Origin: Candidatus Poribacteria bacterium
Lineage (GTDB): Bacteria; Poribacteria; WGA-4E; WGA-3G
Direction: 5' to 3'
Assembly (NCBI GenBank): GCA_964291315.2
Contig: OZ219753.1
Span: 1,664,001-1,728,000, forward strand
Length of the DNA: 64,000 nt
Position 1 is the first letter of the stretch, and each line of letters opens with the position of its first letter. This document shows positions 59,787 to 64,000 of the stretch, in pieces. Below the pieces are notes generated by a model. It did not search any database, was not told where the DNA came from, and was given only the letters and a program-made list of their open reading frames with translations. A program made the position numbers and the translations under genes.

Positions 59787-60686
59787 TTACATACCCCGCC
59801 GAATACCGAATTCTGCCTCAAACGCGCTCCAAATGGCCTCAGGGATATGAAGCGTCGCCGCTTCATATCCGTCTTCCACTTGTGCTTTGTCGGCAGGACC
59901 GAACATAACGATCCCATCTATCGGGGCCGCCAGACAAAACTGCATCGCTAAATGACGTATGTTAACATTACGTTCCTGACACCACTGCCACATAGCGTGT
60001 GCCTTCGGTTCAGCACCAGGGTTGCGGCGACGTTCCGTTTCGGCGTCCGGTTCTATGCCCGTCAAACTGCCCATGCCGAATGGACTCGCGAGGATGATGC
60101 CGACATCGTGCTCACGTGCCAAGGGCAATGTTGTCTCGGCCACAGATTGTGACAAGAGCGTATAGTCCAAAAAGGTAAGGATGATCTCGATATGCCCGGT
60201 TTCGATGAATTCTTTGTGGAATTCATGTGAACGGACACCAGCACCAATATGTCGGACGCTCCCCTCCGCTTTCATCTCCAATAACGTATCCAACGCTTGA
60301 CCGGGGGCCAATACGCTTTCCATATCAAGTGGGTCGTGGATAAGTACAGCATCGAGGTAATCCGTGCGGAGATGTCTGAGACTATTTGTGACGCTCCAGC
60401 GCGTGACCTCTGCGGAAAAGTCTTTTCGGCGCTCGGGATGCGTGCCTACCTTTGCTTGCAAATAAACGTTTTCTCTTAATCCCCCTGAGAGTGCTTCTCC
60501 CCAGAGGTGTTCGGCGTGTCCCGGGTAAGTGTCAATATAGTTAATACCGAGTTCAACACCGCGTCGGATAGCGTCGATAACTTCAGTATCAGGTTTCTGC
60601 CACAGCCAGGCCGCGCCGAGGGCAAGCGCATTCGGACGCATCTCTGTCCGTCCCAACCGTCGGGCTTCCAACTTTGAATGTGCCAT
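59787..60686 (-). CDS. aldo/keto reductase
   Basis: GINYIDTY, AKVG, SLRHLRTDYLDAVLIH. Confidence 0.9.
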   Translation of the reverse strand: MAHSKLEARRLGRTEMRPNALALGAAWLWQKPDTEVIDAIRRGVELGINYIDTYPGHAEHLWGEALSGGLRENVYLQAKVGTHPERRKDFSAEVTRWSVTNSLRHLRTDYLDAVLIHDPLDMESVLAPGQALDTLLEMKAEGSVRHIGAGVRSHEFHKEFIETGHIEIILTFLDYTLLSQSVAETTLPLAREHDVGIILASPFGMGSLTGIEPDAETERRRNPGAEPKAHAMWQWCQERNVNIRHLAMQFCLAAPIDGIVMFGPADKAQVEDGYEAATLHIPEAIWSAFEAEFGIRRGM

Positions 60687-60713
60687 AGAATCATGTACCT
60701 TCTGGGATCAAAA

Positions 60714-61316
60714 CTATTCTGTCGAGAGTGCCTGCCTGAGTTTGTGTGTAGAGTCAGCAAGCGATTCTTGTAGATATGGATACGGAAAACCGCCCCAGCG
60801 ATCAGGCGGGGGCTCAGACGCTTGCGCAATTTTCAGACTCACAAAAATAGGGCCCGTCTCGTTCCAGATTTTCGGCAATGCTGTTTCAAATGCATTGGCA
60901 TTGTCAAATTCATAAACATGCTCAAAACCCACCCCTCTGGCGATCATGTACCAACTGAAACCTCGGCTACCGGCCGGGACCGGTTGATTGCCAGTAACTT
61001 CATAGGTGCCGTTATCAGCGACAAATAGGACGTAGTTGGGCGGCGGTCTGTTCAGGGCAGTAATCGTCGCCAATGTACCCAAACACATCAGCATGCTTCC
61101 GTCACCGTTGAGTACAACTACCTTTTTATTTGGCTTGGCGAGTGCGATACCGAGGGCAAAGTCAGCAGCATGTCCCATGGCACTGCCGACGGAAGCATAG
61201 TCCAAAGGATGTGTCGATATTTTTCCCCACGGCACCGTCATTCCCATCGTTGTGACAACGACTTCGTCTGTCCGTTGGTTTGCAATAAGCTGCAGACACT
61301 CTTCTTTGATAATCAT
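60714..61316 (-). CDS. TPP-binding subunit, sulfopyruvate/phosphonopyruvate decarboxylase beta-like
   Basis: GSAMG, GDGSMLM...DNGTYEVTGNQP. Confidence 0.8.
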   Translation of the reverse strand: MIIKEECLQLIANQRTDEVVVTTMGMTVPWGKISTHPLDYASVGSAMGHAADFALGIALAKPNKKVVVLNGDGSMLMCLGTLATITALNRPPPNYVLFVADNGTYEVTGNQPVPAGSRGFSWYMIARGVGFEHVYEFDNANAFETALPKIWNETGPIFVSLKIAQASEPPPDRWGGFPYPYLQESLADSTHKLRQALSTE

Positions 61317-61338
61317 AATTTTTCCAATGACTTGAGAA

Positions 61339-62829
61339 TTACTTCTCTTCTTCTGGAGGTAGGAACTTAATTTGTGGTGGTGTCTTCAGGGCAGTCGTTG
61401 TAATCTGGACGTACTGCACAAATTCCGTTTCCGTCTCAATACCGTCAATACCGCCTCCCCAAATAGCGAAGGTGCGATAGGAAAGTCTACCTTCCGGATT
61501 AGCAGTTAGGACAATTGGTAAAAGTGGGCTTTCCGATGCTTCAAGGCGGGACGGCTGCGTCTCACGACCAGCGAGAGCGATGAGCGCAACCCCAAGCGTA
61601 TCTAGGCCGCTCGGATCTGTTCCCCAACTCCAGAGCCAGCCCTGTTTCTCGTCCTCCCCATAAGCAGCACTCAACCGTGGAATACCGGCGGCAATAGCAT
61701 AGCCTGTCGGCAGTCCCCCGTCAATATGAATGTGGTGCTCAATCCACGGATTCGCGCCATAGATAAACGTAGTTGACGTGAACCGACGGACTTCGCCCTG
61801 GATGTTCCACGATGGCAAAATCCGTTGAACGATGGAACGGATAGCACCATTCGCGAGAATTCGGACGTAATCTCCTTCAGTAGGCAACGGAATCATTTTC
61901 CCGTCCGCCTTCCGCCAGAGCGCGATACCGCCAGAGCCTATTAGTCCGTCCAACGACGTAAGAGCAACCATCTCCGATGTTTCAGGTTTAAGGAGGTTGT
62001 TCAGGGATAAACCGATCGATTTAGAAATATTCAACTGTTCTTCCAGCTCTGTCTCCTGCCCAAGTTCTGAGACCTCGCTATTGTAAGATTTCCGAACAAA
62101 ACAGACCTCTTGGTTCTCAAGATCACGGATTATCCACTGCTGCCCCGGTTTCTCTATTTCTATTTGAATTTGCTGGGAAAGAGTGATGCCGTTATTCTCA
62201 AAATGGTGTCTGAGTTCCGGCGAAATCGGGTTTTCGTAATCTAATTCGGGTTGAAACATTATGTCCACACTGAAAAGCTCAGACCGCTTTTTGCCATATG
62301 TAATAAAGGCACCATTCGGTTTCAGTAAATACGCAATCAAATTTGATTCCATCGCCGCGACAGCGTCTAGTTCAGGAAAGATTGCCGCACGCGTCTGTTT
62401 ATTGATGTCGAGTGTCAGCGTGGCCTTGACATTCGGGTCATAAAGGATGGAGACCTCTTTTGTTTCCTCTGGTTCTAAGTCTAAAAGAAAACAGAGCTGA
62501 TCACGCTCGCCGTCATAGTCCAAATCATCTGCTTGGGCAGGAACCATTACCTCGCGCGGCACCTTCCCTGTCACAACCGAATACGCTTTGAAGGCGAAAT
62601 CAGGGTTGACCTTTCGAAGTTGTGCTCCTGTTAACACTATCGGGACATTTTTTCGCGCAATAGGCAACGTGTTTTGAATAGTGAGACGAATTTTGCTAAT
62701 CTTCTGATTGCCACCGGGCATCGTGCACGCACTGAGCATCAGCAAAGCGATAAAGATAAACGGCAAACAAATTCTGGCAAAAGGGATAACTATATGTCTC
62801 TGAATGTTAGCTTGTATATGTATTTTCAA
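61339..62829 (-). CDS. putative lipoprotein, DUF4861-like
   Basis: LSAC lipobox; PAQADDLDYDGERDQL, AMESNLIAY, YGKK, GAIRSIV. Confidence 0.6.
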   Translation of the reverse strand: MKIHIQANIQRHIVIPFARICLPFIFIALLMLSACTMPGGNQKISKIRLTIQNTLPIARKNVPIVLTGAQLRKVNPDFAFKAYSVVTGKVPREVMVPAQADDLDYDGERDQLCFLLDLEPEETKEVSILYDPNVKATLTLDINKQTRAAIFPELDAVAAMESNLIAYLLKPNGAFITYGKKRSELFSVDIMFQPELDYENPISPELRHHFENNGITLSQQIQIEIEKPGQQWIIRDLENQEVCFVRKSYNSEVSELGQETELEEQLNISKSIGLSLNNLLKPETSEMVALTSLDGLIGSGGIALWRKADGKMIPLPTEGDYVRILANGAIRSIVQRILPSWNIQGEVRRFTSTTFIYGANPWIEHHIHIDGGLPTGYAIAAGIPRLSAAYGEDEKQGWLWSWGTDPSGLDTLGVALIALAGRETQPSRLEASESPLLPIVLTANPEGRLSYRTFAIWGGGIDGIETETEFVQYVQITTTALKTPPQIKFLPPEEEK

Positions 62830-62856
62830 TTTTTTCCCTAAGTTTGAACCTCAGAA

Positions 62857-64000
62857 TTAAAGGTCTGGCAGCACTCCAAGGAGGCTTTCAATTTCAGATG
62901 TCGTGTTGTAGAAATGAGGTGAAACCCTAACGCCGGTCCCACGCTCGGCTGTGATGATATTTTCCGCATAGAGCATCTCGTATATTTCAGACGGGGTCTG
63001 CCTGCCATTCTCGAAGATGACGATCCCCGCTCGCTCTGAATCTACAGGCGGCGTGACGACGCGGTAGCCTTTGGTCTTCAACCCGGCTATCAAATGTGCT
63101 GTAAGTTCTAAAATACGAGTTTGGATTGTCAGAACACCGATCTCAAGAAGTAACTCAATTGCTGCTTTGAGACCATATAACCCGATACTGTTGTAAGACC
63201 CTTCCTCAAAACGGGTCGCATCCGGTTTCAACGTCAAGTCATAGTTGAGAAAATCACGAGGATTTACGACACTCGCCCAACCGACATTAGTGTTAATGAG
63301 TCGATCACGCTTGTCGTTCGCACAGTAGAAAATAGCTGCCCCCTCCGGCGCGAGCAGCCATTTATGTCCATCAGCAGCGAGAATGTCAACGTTCCAGGTT
63401 TGAACATCTACTTCAACGGCGCCGAGACTCTGAATAGCATCTACAATGAACCAAATATCGCGTTCCCGGCAGATTTGGCCGAGCGTCTGAATATCGTTTC
63501 GGAAACCGGAAGCAAACTCCACGTGGCTAACCGTTACAGCCCGTGTACACTCATCAATTGCCGAAACAATATCTTCGACGTAGATGCGCCCCTCTCGCTC
63601 CGGCACCATATGCGTTTCGACACCGTAGCGTTCCTTCAAACTCCACCACGGATAAACATTCGCCGGAAACTCCACTGCCGTTGTGACGACGTTGTCTCCC
63701 GTTCGCCAATCAATACCGTTCGCTGCAATGAGAATACCTTGTGTGGTATTCTTCATAAAAGCAACCTCTGTTACATCAGCGTTGATGAGCTGTGCGGCTG
63801 CATCTCGGCAGCTCTCAACCTCCGCTTCCCAGAGTTTAGCGTTCACAGCACCGTTCACGGTAGCATCTTCCAAGAAGCCTGTCATTGCCTCTTGCACCCG
63901 GCGAGATAATGGCGCAACCCCGGCGTGATTCATGTAGATATAGGTTTCAGTTACCGGAAACTCGCTGCGCCAACTCTGGCAAGATTTATAAGCAGTTGGA
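62857..64000 (-). CDS. aminotransferase class V / cysteine desulfurase-like PLP enzyme (5' end beyond window)
   Basis: VDAIQS, ADGHKWLL, RVSPHFYN; frame stays open upstream (WRSEFPVTETYIYMNHAG) to the window end. Confidence 0.9.
   Translation of the reverse strand, partial: PTAYKSCQSWRSEFPVTETYIYMNHAGVAPLSRRVQEAMTGFLEDATVNGAVNAKLWEAEVESCRDAAAQLINADVTEVAFMKNTTQGILIAANGIDWRTGDNVVTTAVEFPANVYPWWSLKERYGVETHMVPEREGRIYVEDIVSAIDECTRAVTVSHVEFASGFRNDIQTLGQICRERDIWFIVDAIQSLGAVEVDVQTWNVDILAADGHKWLLAPEGAAIFYCANDKRDRLINTNVGWASVVNPRDFLNYDLTLKPDATRFEEGSYNSIGLYGLKAAIELLLEIGVLTIQTRILELTAHLIAGLKTKGYRVVTPPVDSERAGIVIFENGRQTPSEIYEMLYAENIITAERGTGVRVSPHFYNTTSEIESLLGVLPDL

Overview
Bacterial chromosomal window, most likely Candidatus Poribacteria. 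This is an inference from the LRR/cohesin/dockerin proteins with the NYPNPFNPETWIPYQL C-terminal domain, LamG proteins ending in KFTTTWA, and WD40, PhyH and FGE-type genes. Housekeeping genes (purN, clpB, trpA, phoX, ECF sigma/anti-sigma) are mixed with four DNA-methyltransferase/restriction loci. The standout is a ~12.7 kb locus (11163-23846). It holds nine paralogous membrane-anchored proteins of one uncharacterised family and three copies of a perfect sigma-54 promoter (TGGCACGAAACTTGCT), each preceded by 2-4 palindromic boxes at an exact 21-bp period. An embedded PspF-like enhancer-binding protein lacks a sensory domain. A recurring 'cargo slot' holds different contents in each repeat: an intact small secreted protein, the same gene split by a 1149-bp TTCGGA-flanked insert carrying a His-rich protein plus a T4-type lysozyme, or a WD40 protein. 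Other notable items: a type III mod gene frameshifted at a G8 tract with no adjacent res gene, one small domain apparently inserted in two unrelated envelope proteins, a sigma-54 promoter on clpB, and adjacent cohesin- and dockerin-bearing LRR proteins. No rRNA, tRNA or CRISPR array was recognised. Family names come from motif recognition, not database searches.
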